NCBI GenBank assembly: GCA_022797215.1
Contig: JAAWKD010000002.1
Span: 13-64,012 of the forward strand
Length of the DNA: 64,000 nucleotides
Source: Clostridia bacterium
Lineage (GTDB): Bacteria; Bacillota; Clostridia; TANB77; CAG-508
Direction: 5' to 3'
The notes beneath the pieces were generated by a model, which had not been told where the DNA came from, searched no databases, and saw only the letters and a list, made by a program, of their open reading frames with translations. Position numbers and translations under genes: made by a program. Every line of letters begins with the position of its first letter. The stretch's first letter is position 1. Of this stretch, positions 29,990 to 40,831 are shown piece by piece.

Positions 29990-30481
29990 ATGGGAGGAAT
30001 TAGTGTTATACTTTTAATGGGAATATTATCAGCAATTTTTTATATTTTTCTTGCAATATTTTTACTCATTGTCATATATCAAATTATGACTTACGTTTTT
30101 GAAAGCATTGCGATTATGGAAATGAGTAAAAACTTAGAATATAAAGCAGTGGGAACAGCATGGATACCATTTTATAATAAATATCTATTAGGAAAAATTG
30201 CAGGACATAAAATTTTAGGGAGCATGGTAGCAGTATTAAATGCTGTAATGGCAGTAACTTGCTTTTGGAGTTATATGCAAGGTAATATGATTTTATTCGG
30301 AATATTTTTAATTTGTATATTGATTAGTTTTGTATTAGATGTTATTATAGCACACAAAATATATACAAAAGCAATCGGCAAATACGGTGATATTTTTACT
30401 GTATTTAGTGTACTAACTTTAGGATTTTTGAGACCAATATTTCTTTTTGCGATAAGAAGTAAAGTAAAAAAAGAAACTTAA
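29990..30481 (+). CDS. Integral membrane protein, unknown function
   Basis: 163 aa with four hydrophobic helices. AAAGGAGGAAG SD. Confidence 0.5.
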   Translation: MGGISVILLMGILSAIFYIFLAIFLLIVIYQIMTYVFESIAIMEMSKNLEYKAVGTAWIPFYNKYLLGKIAGHKILGSMVAVLNAVMAVTCFWSYMQGNMILFGIFLICILISFVLDVIIAHKIYTKAIGKYGDIFTVFSVLTLGFLRPIFLFAIRSKVKKET

Positions 30482-30576
30482 GCAGAAGATATTGACATAA
30501 AAATTTAGATATTATATAGTACCCCTTACATGAGAAGATAAGGGGCTTTTATTTTGCCAAAATGGAGGAGGAAATA

Positions 30577-31905
30577 ATGAACATACAATTATCGGAACAT
30601 TTTACGTATAAAAAATTAATTCAGTTTACTATACCAACTATTATTATGATGATATTTACTTCCATTTATGGTGTAGTAGACGGACTATTTGTATCAAACT
30701 GTGTAGGCGCAGATGCCTTTGCAGGGGTGAACTTAATTATGCCAGCTCTTATGATTTTAGGTTCAATAGGTTTTATGATAGGTACAGGTGGAAGTGCCCT
30801 AGTTTCTAAAACAATAGGTGAGGGAAACAAAGAAAAAGCAAATAGGTATTTTTCTATGCTTCTTTATGTGGTTACGATTATAGGTTTCATTTTTACAGTT
30901 ATAGGGCTTATTGTAATGGAGCCAGTAGCAAAACTACTAGGAGCGGAAGGAAATCTTGTAGAGATTTGTGTAACTTATGGTAGAACTTTAATTATTGCAC
31001 TAATACCTTTTATGCTACAAAACTGTTTCCAAAGTTTCTTAATTGTAGCAGAAAAGCCAAGAATGGGACTAATCATTTCCATTATAACTGGTGTGCTAAA
31101 TATGATCTTAGACTTTCTGTTTATCTATGTTTTTAAAATGGGAGTTTTTGGAGCAGCAGTTGCTACAGGAATTAGTCAATTGATAGGAGGAATTGTACCA
31201 CTTATTTACTTTATAAAGAAAAGTGAAACCTTGAAATTAGTGAAAACAAAATTTGAATTAAAGCCAATCTTACAAGCATGTGCCAATGGTTCTTCTGAAA
31301 TGGTGACGAATATTTCCATGTCATTAGTAAATATGCTATACAATTTACAATTAATGAAATATGCTGGGTCAGATGGAGTAGTAGCTTATGGAATTATTAT
31401 GTATGTTAGCTTTATCTTTTCAGGAACTTATATGGGATACTCCATAGGTTCAGCACCAATTGTAGGATATCATTATGGAGCAGAAAATAAAGAAGAATTA
31501 AAAAGCTTATTGAAAAAGAGTTTAAAACTTTTAACCGTTACCTCAATTGTGATGACAGTAATAGGGGAACTACTAGCAAAGCCACTAGCAGGGATATTTG
31601 TTAGTTATGATGCAAATCTATTAGATATGACAACAAATGCAATACGTATATTTTCCATTTCCTATTTAATTAGTGGAATTAATATTTTTGAATCTTCATT
31701 CTTCACTGCATTAAATAATGGAGTAGTTTCAGCAGCCATCTCATTTTTAAGAACACTACTTTTCCAAATAGCAATGATATTTATACTTCCACTTATTTGG
31801 GGATTAAATGGTATTTGGATTGCAGTTGTTTTTGCAGAAGTATTAGCATTAATAGTTAGTATCGCCTTCCTTGTAGTAAATAGGAAAAAATACCAATATA
31901 TTTAA
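30577..31905 (+). CDS. MATE family efflux transporter
   Basis: 12 TM helices. N-terminal FTIPTIIMMIFTSIYGVVDGLFVS is typical of MATE. Start at the ATG behind GGAGGAGGAAAT. Confidence 0.9.
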   Translation: MNIQLSEHFTYKKLIQFTIPTIIMMIFTSIYGVVDGLFVSNCVGADAFAGVNLIMPALMILGSIGFMIGTGGSALVSKTIGEGNKEKANRYFSMLLYVVTIIGFIFTVIGLIVMEPVAKLLGAEGNLVEICVTYGRTLIIALIPFMLQNCFQSFLIVAEKPRMGLIISIITGVLNMILDFLFIYVFKMGVFGAAVATGISQLIGGIVPLIYFIKKSETLKLVKTKFELKPILQACANGSSEMVTNISMSLVNMLYNLQLMKYAGSDGVVAYGIIMYVSFIFSGTYMGYSIGSAPIVGYHYGAENKEELKSLLKKSLKLLTVTSIVMTVIGELLAKPLAGIFVSYDANLLDMTTNAIRIFSISYLISGINIFESSFFTALNNGVVSAAISFLRTLLFQIAMIFILPLIWGLNGIWIAVVFAEVLALIVSIAFLVVNRKKYQYI

Positions 31906-31982
31906 AAATAGGGCAGATAATTTCTTGAAAATTATCTGCTTTTGTAATATGATATGGAAATAAATAATGAAGAAGAGGAAAA

Positions 31983-32612
31983 ATGAAAGAGTTTATTAAA
32001 AAGAATTTAAAGTGGTTTATCTTATTAGTCTGCTTAATTGGATTTTTAAAGCTAGCGGAAGATGTGTTTAGCAAAGAAATATTGCAAGCTGATATTGTAG
32101 GCTATAAATTAATATCGAGCTTGCTTATATCAGATTTTGCAACACCAATTGCAAAATTTATCACTAATTTTGGTGGAGCTATTGTTTTAATAGGAACTAC
32201 CATTATTTTGGTTATTAGTATCAGAAATAGAAGAATAGGACTTTCTATTATCGCCAATTTAGGTATTATAACAGGTTTGAATTTGTTATTAAAGCAGATT
32301 GTACAAAGACCAAGACCAACAGAATATAGAATTATTAATGAAACTGGTTATAGTTTTCCATCAGGACATTCTATGGTTAGTATGGCTTTTTATGGATTTT
32401 TGATTTATCTTATTTATAAGTATGTGAAGAATCAGTATGTGAAAATAGGGTTGATTACATTTTTAAGCATTCTAATTATTTCTATTGGAATTAGTAGAAT
32501 TTATTTAGGAGTACATTATACAAGTGATGTTATGGCAGGTTTTTGCATATCAGTTTCCTATTTAGTACTATATGTAAGTAGTGTGAGCAATTGGATAAAG
32601 GCAAGTGATTAA
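31983..32612 (+). CDS. PAP2-family phosphatase
   Basis: Motifs KQIVQRPRP, PSGHS, SRIYLGVHYTSDV. Confidence 0.87.
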   Translation: MKEFIKKNLKWFILLVCLIGFLKLAEDVFSKEILQADIVGYKLISSLLISDFATPIAKFITNFGGAIVLIGTTIILVISIRNRRIGLSIIANLGIITGLNLLLKQIVQRPRPTEYRIINETGYSFPSGHSMVSMAFYGFLIYLIYKYVKNQYVKIGLITFLSILIISIGISRIYLGVHYTSDVMAGFCISVSYLVLYVSSVSNWIKASD

Positions 32613-32667
32613 TTCATAATTACTTGCTTTTATGTTATAATTTAGAAAAAATGGAGGAAAAAATAAG

Positions 32668-33282
32668 ATGGAAAAATGGTTGAAATGGGCTATTGAAATA
32701 CAGAGTTTAGCACAAGCAGGGCTTGCATATACACAAAATGTTTATGATATAGAAAGATATGAAAGACTAAGAGAGATAGCAGCAGAAATGATAGCAGAAA
32801 AAAGTGAGATTAGTTTAGAAAAGGTAAAAGATTTGTTTTGCAATGAAACAGGTTATCAAACACCAAAGCTAGATACAAGAGCAGCGATATTTCAGGATAA
32901 CAAAATTCTATTAACTCACGAAAAAAATGGAACATGGTCATTGCCAGGAGGTTGGGTAGATGTATTAGAATCTGCAAAATCGAATACCATAAAAGAAGTC
33001 AAAGAAGAAACAGGACTAGATGTAGAAACTGTAAGATTAATTGCCGTGCAAGATAGAAATAAACATAATAAACCTGTGTATGCTTATGGAGTATGGAAAG
33101 TATTTGTTTTGTGTGAACGAATTGGTGGAGAATTTGTAGAAAATATTGAAACAACAGAAATAAAGTATTTTGGATTAGATGAATTGCCAGATAATCTAGC
33201 AGAAGAAAAATGCACGAAAGAGCAGATAGCAATGTGCTTTCAAGCAAGAGAAGATGAAAATTGGCAGGTACAATTTGATTAA
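32668..33282 (+). CDS. NUDIX hydrolase with N-terminal Nudix_N_2-type helix domain
   Basis: WLKWAIEIQSLAQAGLAYTQNVYDIERYERL, then Nudix box GGWVDVLESAKSNTIKEVKEETGL. Confidence 0.85.
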   Translation: MEKWLKWAIEIQSLAQAGLAYTQNVYDIERYERLREIAAEMIAEKSEISLEKVKDLFCNETGYQTPKLDTRAAIFQDNKILLTHEKNGTWSLPGGWVDVLESAKSNTIKEVKEETGLDVETVRLIAVQDRNKHNKPVYAYGVWKVFVLCERIGGEFVENIETTEIKYFGLDELPDNLAEEKCTKEQIAMCFQAREDENWQVQFD

Positions 33283-33371
33283 TAATTGAGAAAATATTTT
33301 AAAACTATTGACTTGGAGTTAACTATAAGTGGTATATATACTGTAAAGAAATTGATAGTAGGAGGCAAATT

Positions 33372-33848
33372 ATGAATAAATTAATTGTATATTTTTCATA
33401 TACCAATAACACAAGGATGATAGCTAATAAAATTAAAGAAAAATTAGAATGCGATATTTTAGAGATTAAAACAGTTATACCATATTCACAAGATTATGAG
33501 ACAGTTGTTAATGATGAACAAAATAGTGAGGCAAGTAATCACTTACCAGAAATTCAAAAGATAGATGTGGATTTAAGTAAGTATGATGAAATGATTATAG
33601 GAACTCCAGTATGGTGGTATAGACCAGTGCCAGCGATTAGAACCTTTCTAAGCCAAAATAATTTATCAGGAAAAGTGATTAAACCCTATGCTACAAATGC
33701 AGGTTGGCTTGGTAAAACTTTTCAAGAAATAAAAATGCTTTGTCCGAATTCAGAAGTAGAGGAAGGTATGAATATTGTGTTTGAAAGTTATAGTGATAAA
33801 TTAGTTACAAAAGAACAAGAAATTGAAAATTGGATAAATCAGTTATAG
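33372..33848 (+). CDS. Flavodoxin-like protein
   Basis: MNKLIVYFSYTNNTRMIA (FMN phosphate loop) and GTPVWWY. Confidence 0.75.
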   Translation: MNKLIVYFSYTNNTRMIANKIKEKLECDILEIKTVIPYSQDYETVVNDEQNSEASNHLPEIQKIDVDLSKYDEMIIGTPVWWYRPVPAIRTFLSQNNLSGKVIKPYATNAGWLGKTFQEIKMLCPNSEVEEGMNIVFESYSDKLVTKEQEIENWINQL

Positions 33849-33919
33849 AAAAAAGAAGCAGGTGATTGATAGTCACTTGCTTTTAAGATATAATAGGGAT
33901 AAAAGATAGGAGAAATAAT

Positions 33920-34387
33920 ATGAATATTTATGATATTTTAAAAGAATTAGATATAAGATATGAAGAAATAGAACATAAAGCCATATATACAGCAGAGGAA
34001 GCATTACAAGAGAATATTGCTAATAGAATTGATGGAATAGGATGTAAAAATTTATTTGTCAAAAGCAAAAATAAATATTATCTCATTTTTATAAAAGCAG
34101 AGAAGAGAGCAGAACTAAAGCTTGTAGCGGAGTTGTTAAATGAAACGAGATTGAGTTTTGCAAGTGAGAAGGAATTAAAAAATATATTAAATCTTACAAT
34201 AGGTAGTGTCACACCATTTGGATTAGTAAATGATAGGGAAAATTTAGTAACATTATTAATAGACAAAGAATTAGAAAATCAGAAGGTTTTAGTTCATCCT
34301 AATGTGAACACAAAAACAGTATCTATACAGCTAAGTGATTTAATAAAATTAATAGAGCATATCAAACATCAATATATTTTATTTTAA
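33920..34387 (+). CDS. YbaK/ProX-type aminoacyl-tRNA trans-editing deacylase
   Basis: 155 aa. CKNLFVKSKN..YYLI and GSVTPFGL motifs of the YbaK/INS superfamily. Confidence 0.8.
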   Translation: MNIYDILKELDIRYEEIEHKAIYTAEEALQENIANRIDGIGCKNLFVKSKNKYYLIFIKAEKRAELKLVAELLNETRLSFASEKELKNILNLTIGSVTPFGLVNDRENLVTLLIDKELENQKVLVHPNVNTKTVSIQLSDLIKLIEHIKHQYILF

Positions 34388-34461
34388 AGTTGTAAAATCA
34401 AGAAGGGAATGCTATAATTAATTTCGCTTTAAATTAGAGAAACGGAAGAGAGGAAGAAAAT

Positions 34462-34665
34462 ATGGAAAAGAAGTTAAAAATTATCATAGAAAATTGTCCA
34501 CAAAATCATAAATGTCCTGCTGTGAAGGTTTGCCCAGTAGGAGCATTAACACAAAAAGACTTTGAAGCACCAGAAATTGATTATGAGAAATGTATTAGAT
34601 GTGGTAAATGTTCTAATTTTTGTCCTAAAAAAGCATTAGTGCTACATGAGGAGGAAAGCAAGTGA
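34462..34665 (+). CDS. Small 4Fe-4S ferredoxin-type protein
   Basis: CIRCGKCSNFCP cluster motif plus upstream CPQNHKCPAVKVCP. Confidence 0.7.
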   Translation: MEKKLKIIIENCPQNHKCPAVKVCPVGALTQKDFEAPEIDYEKCIRCGKCSNFCPKKALVLHEEESK

Positions 34666-35612
34666 TAGTTTCAATCTTTTTTATTATTGTAGGATTTGCA
34701 CTGCTTATTTTAGGTGCTGATTGGTTAGTAAATGGAGCAAGCAGTATAGCTAAGAAGTTTCACATTCCAGAAATCATTATAGGACTTACCATTGTTTCAA
34801 TAGGAACATCCATGCCAGAGTTATTTGTTAGCACAACATCAGCTTTAGAAGGACTTTCAGATATGTCCATTGGAAATGTTGTTGGTAGCAATTTATGCAA
34901 TTTGTTACTCATATTAGGACTTTCTACCATTATAAAGCCAGTTAAATTTCAAAAAGAAACTAGACTTTTTGAAATTCCTATGTGCTTGATATTTACTGTA
35001 ATTTTCATTATTCTTTGCAATACAGGTGGAACAATTAATAAAGTAGAAGCAGTACTGTTACTTCTTTTATTCTTACTATTCATTACTTATACTATTTTTA
35101 TGGCAAAGAAACAAAACAGTCAAGAAAAGCAGCAAGAAGTAAAAACACAAAAAAAGTTATTACCGATTTTAAAAGATATCTTATGGATTATATTAGGGGT
35201 TATAGGATTAAAAGTTGGTGGAGATTTAGCTGTAAATAATGCTGTTAATATTGCTAACTATTTTGGAGTTAGTGAGAAAATTATTGGTTTAACGATACTT
35301 GCAGTAGGGACAAGTCTTCCAGAATTAGTAACAAGTGTAACTGCAGCGATTAAAGGTAATAGTGATATTGCAATTGGAAATATTATTGGTTCTAACATAT
35401 TTAATATGTTACTAATTATTGGTGTGGTTGCTTTTATTAATCCAATTAGCTATAACTTTAGTTATAACATGGATTTAATAGTATTAGTAGTAGCAACATT
35501 AATTTTAGCGTTATTCCCAGTCATTCCACCTAAAAATGAAATGAGTAGAGCAAATGGAATAATTTATTTCTTAATGTATGTAGGATATATAGGATATTTA
35601 TTAGTAAATTAA
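34662..35612 (+). CDS. Ca2+/Na+ antiporter (CaCA, YrbG-like)
   Basis: Two alpha-repeats (GTSMPELFVS...GNVVGSNLCN and GTSLPELVTS...GNIIGSNIFN). GTG start overlapping the upstream stop. Confidence 0.9.
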   Translation: MIVSIFFIIVGFALLILGADWLVNGASSIAKKFHIPEIIIGLTIVSIGTSMPELFVSTTSALEGLSDMSIGNVVGSNLCNLLLILGLSTIIKPVKFQKETRLFEIPMCLIFTVIFIILCNTGGTINKVEAVLLLLLFLLFITYTIFMAKKQNSQEKQQEVKTQKKLLPILKDILWIILGVIGLKVGGDLAVNNAVNIANYFGVSEKIIGLTILAVGTSLPELVTSVTAAIKGNSDIAIGNIIGSNIFNMLLIIGVVAFINPISYNFSYNMDLIVLVVATLILALFPVIPPKNEMSRANGIIYFLMYVGYIGYLLVN

Positions 35613-35915
35613 TTAACATAAGGGAGCAGAGATGCTCTCTTTTATTGTATAGGAAAAATCGCAGATTTTTCCTATACAACAAGGTTAGGTTTCCTTAGTC
35701 TGTGCAGTTGCGAAGCAACTTGCACAAGTGTGCGTCGGAAGCTTTGCTTCCGTTAACGCATATCTTTCTTATTTTTAAGAAAACTTAAAAGGAAATATTG
35801 ATATATAGATTATTATATAGTATAATACGAACAATAGTTTTTGGTAAAACGAATAAAGTTTAAATATAGTAATAGATGTAGCTAACTAAATTTTTATGGA
35901 AAAGGAAGTGGTTGT

Positions 35916-36728
35916 ATGGACGAAAAAAAGAACGAAATTATCTTATTTGAAAATCAAGGTGTGAAATTGGAGGTTAATTTAAAAGATGAAACAGTATGGC
36001 TTACTCAAAAACAAATGGCAGAGTTATTTAATAAAGACAGAAAAACAATAACAAGACATATTCAAAATGTATACACAGACGAGGAGTTAGAAGAGAATGC
36101 AGTATGCTCATTTTTTGAGCATACTGCCGAAGATGGAAAAAGATATAAAGTCCAATATTATAATCTTGATATGATTATTTCTATTGGATATCGTGTAAAA
36201 TCAGCACAAGGTATTGCTTTTAGAAAATGGGCTACGAAGATCTTAAAAGACTATATGTTAAAAGGATATGCTGTAAACCAAAAAAGATTAGAATATTTAG
36301 AAAAGACAATAAAATTAATAGATATAGCAAATCGTATGGATGAAAGATTAGAAAATCATGATGCAAAAGAAATATTAAAAGTAATTGGAGAATATTCAAA
36401 AGCATTAGATTTATTAGATGATTATGATCACAAAACATTAAAGAAGATAAAGGGAAATATTGATGAAAGGAAAATTGAATATAATCAATGTATAGAAGTT
36501 ATTAATAAGCTTAGATTTAATGAAGAAAGTACATTGTTTGCTGTTGAAAGAGGAAAAGGATTAGAGTCAATTATAGGGAATATTTATCAAAGTTTTGGTG
36601 GACAAGATATATACAAAAGCATAGAAGAAAAAAGTGCTAATTTTTTATATTTAATAGTAAAGAACCATGTATTTACAGATGGGAATAAAAGAATTGCAGC
36701 AACTTTATTTGAAAAAACCGAAGTTTGA
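35916..36728 (+). pseudogene. RhuM-family / Fic-domain protein, truncated just after the Fic motif
   Basis: RhuM N-domain (LTQKQMAELFNKDRKTITRHIQNV...ISIGYRVKSAQGIAFRKWATKILKDY), then the Fic core HVFTDGNKRIAA. The ORF stops 10 codons later, and the +1 frame continues with unrelated sequence. Confidence 0.75.
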
Positions 36729-37196
36729 TGATATACAATATGAAGAAGTATATACGATACCTTATGATGAAAATGTTTGGGAAACATTTAAGATAATTAA
36801 AGATGAAAACTTTATGCATCAACAAGTAGAAGAGATTTTTGATGATAGACTTGTATCATTAAGAGCTAAAAGTTTTTATGATGATTTTTACATTAAAGAG
36901 GGCGACATATATACTTATATTTACTATATGCCATTTGCTAATTTCAATTTAATGCATTATATCAATTTCCAAGCAACAAACTATTTAATGAACAATACAA
37001 AAGCTATAGTAATCTGCCTAGAAAATTGTGTGGAGTATGTTAGGAGATATTTGGATGAGAGCGTGGAGGTTATTTGTCTTAGTATGTATTAGGTATAATT
37101 CGACAGGATAATTGAAAATATTGGAAAATGAGTTGTTAAAAGTTAAATTTTATGATATAAATTAAATGGATAAAGATAGAATTAATGAGGTAAGAA

Positions 37197-38696
37197 ATGA
37201 AAGAAGAAGATTTAAAAGATTTAGAAAAAAAGTTATGGGAAGCAGCAGATAAAATGAGAGGTGCTGTTCCAGTATCAAGCTATAAATTTATAGTATTAGG
37301 ATTAATATTTTTGAAATATATATCAGATTCATTTGAAGAAAAATATCAATCTTTAGTAGAAGAAGGATATGGACTAGAGGAAGATAGAGATGCTTACGAA
37401 ATGGATCATATATTTTATGTGCCACAAAAAGCAAGATGGGAATACTTAAATGCTCATTCAAAAGATAGCAATATCGGTCAGATAATAGATGAAGCATTAG
37501 AGAAAATAGAAAAAGAAAATCCAAGCTTAAAAGGAGTTTTAATAAAACAATATAATAGCCCAGACTATAAAAATGTTAATTTAGGGGAATTAATAGACTT
37601 ATTTACAAACATAAAAATTGGCAGTAAAGAAGCACAAGATAAAGATATCTTAGGAAGAATCTATGAATACTTTTTAGGTCAATTTGCATCTAATGAATTA
37701 CAAAAAGGTGGAGAATTCTATACACCAGCTTGCTTAGTTAGAACAATGGTTGAAATATTAGAACCATATCAAGGAAGAGTATATGACCCTGCTTGTGGTT
37801 CTGGAGGTATGTTTGTACAAAGCTTAAAATTTATACAAAGACATCAAGGAAATATTAATAATTTAAGCATATATGGGCAAGAAAAAAATCCGACTACTTG
37901 GAAATTAGCCAAAATGAACTTAGCAATTAGAAGCATAGATGGAAATTTAGGAAAGTTTGCAGATGATACATTTCATAATGACTTACACAAAGACTTGAAA
38001 GCAGATTTTGTGTTGGCAAATCCTCCATTTAACATATCTGATTGGGGACAAGAGAAATTAGTGGATGATAGCAGATGGAAATACGGAATACCACCAAAAG
38101 GAAATGCTAACTTTGCATGGGTACAACATATGATATCTAAATTATCTATAAATGGCAAAGCAGTAATTATACTTGCAAATGGTTCTTTATCAGCAGGTGG
38201 TCAAGAAGAAGAAATTAGAAAAAAATTAATTGAAGCAGATTTAGTAGATTGCATATTATCAATGCCATCAAATTTATTTTATACAGTAACAATACCTTGT
38301 AGCATATGGATTTTAAACAGAAATAAAAAGCAAAAAGGAAAAACATTATTTATAGACGCAAGAAATTTAGGAACAATGGTTACAAGAAAATTAAGAGAAC
38401 TAAACGAAGAAGATATTATGAAAATTGCAGGTACATATCATAACTATCAAAACAATGGAAAGTATGAAGATATGGCAGGATTTTGCAAAGTTGCTACAAT
38501 AGATGAAATAAAAGAGAATAACTATGTTCTAACACCAGGAAGATATGTAGGAACAGAAGAACAAGAAGACGACGGAATACCTTTTGAAGAAGAAATGAAG
38601 AATATGACATCAGAACTAAAAATACAATTTGAAGAGTCTCATAAGTTAGAAGAAGAAATAAGAAAGAACTTGGAGGCTATAGGGTATGGAATATAA
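37197..38696 (+). CDS. hsdM: Type I restriction-modification system methyltransferase subunit
   Basis: HsdM N-domain (LWEAADKMRG), motif I DPACGSGGMF, motif IV LANPPFN. 499 aa. Confidence 0.93.
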   Translation: MKEEDLKDLEKKLWEAADKMRGAVPVSSYKFIVLGLIFLKYISDSFEEKYQSLVEEGYGLEEDRDAYEMDHIFYVPQKARWEYLNAHSKDSNIGQIIDEALEKIEKENPSLKGVLIKQYNSPDYKNVNLGELIDLFTNIKIGSKEAQDKDILGRIYEYFLGQFASNELQKGGEFYTPACLVRTMVEILEPYQGRVYDPACGSGGMFVQSLKFIQRHQGNINNLSIYGQEKNPTTWKLAKMNLAIRSIDGNLGKFADDTFHNDLHKDLKADFVLANPPFNISDWGQEKLVDDSRWKYGIPPKGNANFAWVQHMISKLSINGKAVIILANGSLSAGGQEEEIRKKLIEADLVDCILSMPSNLFYTVTIPCSIWILNRNKKQKGKTLFIDARNLGTMVTRKLRELNEEDIMKIAGTYHNYQNNGKYEDMAGFCKVATIDEIKENNYVLTPGRYVGTEEQEDDGIPFEEEMKNMTSELKIQFEESHKLEEEIRKNLEAIGYGI

Positions 38697-39969
38697 AAAA
38701 TTAGACGATATAATAGAGTTTAATCCAACTGAAACATTGCAGAAAGGAACTTTGAGTAAGAAAATTTCAATGGATAAATTAGGGAATTTTTCTAAAAATA
38801 TAACATCATTCGAATATGAAGAATATGGTGGAGGGATGAAGTTTAGGAATGGTGACACTTTATTAGCAAGAATAACTCCGTGTTTAGAAAATGGAAAAAC
38901 ATCGAAAGTTACAATATTAGATGAAAATGAAGTTGGATTTGGATCTACTGAATATATTGTTATGAGAAGTAAAAAGAATATTTCAGATGAAGATTTTATT
39001 TTTTATCTTGCAATAAGTCCGAAATTCAGAGAAATTGCAATTAAATCTATGAATGGTACATCAGGGAGACAAAGAGTACAATTAGATGTAGTAAAAAATA
39101 CTGAAATGTTAATACCTAATTATGAAGAACAGACTAAAATTGGGAAAATTTTGTCGAGTATTGATAAAAAAATAGAATTAAATACTCAGATAAATGATAA
39201 TTTGCAGAGCTTACTTAATAAAATTTTCACCAAGTGGTTTTGTGAATATGACTATCCAAATGAAAGTAATCAACCATATAAATCTTCTGGTGGAAAAATG
39301 ATTGAATCAGAACTAGGGGAAATACCAGAAAATTGGAGAATAGGATTATTTCAAGATGTTATTGATTTCTCAAATGGATATGGTTTTAAATCAAATGATT
39401 TATTAGATAATGAGGAAAAAGAAACATATAAAGTATTTAAGCAAGGAAATATAAATCTATCTGGTGGAATAAATGAAAAAAAGACAAAGAGTTGGTTTTA
39501 TAAAGAAAAAGCAAAAGGATTAGAGAAATTTATTCTCCAAAAAGGGGATATTCTAATGTGCATGACAGATATGAAAAATAGCACTTCTCCTTTATTAGGT
39601 CATACTGCTTTAATGAATGTAAATGATGAATATATTGTGAATCAGCGTGTTGGTTTAATTCGTTGTAAAAAGGAGATTACTGATTATCCTTATGTATATA
39701 CGATGAGTAATTTAGAATATTTTTTGAAAGATATAAGAAGTAGAGCTAATAGTGGTGTTCAAGTAAATCTTTCTACAAAAGGTATTTGTGAAACAAAAAT
39801 AATTATACCAGATAAAAGAGTTCTTAATAAATATAATGAATTTGCCATTCCTTTATATGAAATGATGTTTAGAAATCAAAAAGAAAACCAAGACTTAGAG
39901 AAACTACGAGATACACTATTACCAAAATTAATGAATGGCGAAATTGACCTAAATAGAATTGAGATTTAG
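38686..39969 (+). CDS. hsdS: Type I R-M specificity subunit
   Basis: Overlaps hsdM by 11 nt. Two target-recognition domains separated by the conserved helices EQTKIGKILSSIDKKIELNTQINDNLQSLLNKIF and ENQDLEKLRDTLLPKLMNGEI. Confidence 0.9.
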   Translation: MEYKKLDDIIEFNPTETLQKGTLSKKISMDKLGNFSKNITSFEYEEYGGGMKFRNGDTLLARITPCLENGKTSKVTILDENEVGFGSTEYIVMRSKKNISDEDFIFYLAISPKFREIAIKSMNGTSGRQRVQLDVVKNTEMLIPNYEEQTKIGKILSSIDKKIELNTQINDNLQSLLNKIFTKWFCEYDYPNESNQPYKSSGGKMIESELGEIPENWRIGLFQDVIDFSNGYGFKSNDLLDNEEKETYKVFKQGNINLSGGINEKKTKSWFYKEKAKGLEKFILQKGDILMCMTDMKNSTSPLLGHTALMNVNDEYIVNQRVGLIRCKKEITDYPYVYTMSNLEYFLKDIRSRANSGVQVNLSTKGICETKIIIPDKRVLNKYNEFAIPLYEMMFRNQKENQDLEKLRDTLLPKLMNGEIDLNRIEI

Positions 39970-40006
39970 TCATACAAATAGTTATTTATAAATATGTAGG
40001 AGTAAA

Positions 40007-40822
40007 ATGGAAAAGATGAAGAGTATTTTTGAACTAGAAAATAGATTGGATATAAATAATGAATTTGAAAAGTTATTACAGGCGTTTCAAGGAGAAGGAT
40101 ATGCAGTAAAATATAAGAACCAATACAATTTAAGAGAGTATGGAAGCTTCATGGATGGGATAAATAATACAGTATTTTTAGAATGGCAATACAGAGATAC
40201 TTTTTTAAATGTATATGATTATTTGGATTTTATAGGAATTGATGAAATTTTTCTTGAAAATGAAGATTATAATGATGAAAATAAATTTTTATTGTATTTA
40301 GAGTTTATATTAAATATGGCTAAGCTTTTATGTTACAGTGATAAAATAGAATTAATGCCAATAACAGCAGCTGCTATTGAGAATGTACCAAGAATTCTAG
40401 AAAAAATGAATTATAAAATGGAGGAATTAGAAGATAAAGTAATAATTACTAAAAGAGATGCAAATGCTGATTCAATATTAGAAAAAGTACCAGAAGACAT
40501 AACAAAATTATTATTAGAGTATAATGATTTTAGAATAAGCAAGGACATAAAAGAAAAGAAGAGAATACTTAAATCATTGGACCTCTATATGGATAAGGAT
40601 AATAAATTCATTAAGAAAAATATAAATAATGAACTGAAGAATTGTATTGAAACAATAGTAAATAATATGGGGATTAACCATGAAACTGAAAAGGAGCCAT
40701 TTAATACAATGACAGATAAAGAAAAAATAGAATGGTATGATAAGTGTTATCTAATGATTATTCATGCAATTAGAAGTATAGAAATAAAAAAGATAATGGA
40801 AGAGAGAAAAAAACTAATTTAG
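40007..40822 (+). CDS. Hypothetical protein embedded between hsdS and hsdR
   Basis: 271-aa ORF with GTAGGAG SD, 37 nt after hsdS and 9 nt before hsdR. No motif recognised. Confidence 0.6.
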   Translation: MEKMKSIFELENRLDINNEFEKLLQAFQGEGYAVKYKNQYNLREYGSFMDGINNTVFLEWQYRDTFLNVYDYLDFIGIDEIFLENEDYNDENKFLLYLEFILNMAKLLCYSDKIELMPITAAAIENVPRILEKMNYKMEELEDKVIITKRDANADSILEKVPEDITKLLLEYNDFRISKDIKEKKRILKSLDLYMDKDNKFIKKNINNELKNCIETIVNNMGINHETEKEPFNTMTDKEKIEWYDKCYLMIIHAIRSIEIKKIMEERKKLI

Positions 40823-40831
40823 GGGGCAATT

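Noticed and set aside
36667-37092. Independent 141-aa gene starting at ATG 36667
   Set aside because: Its first 20 codons overlap the Fic motif region of the upstream ORF in another frame, and no SD is present. It is treated instead as the out-of-frame continuation or remnant at a truncation junction.
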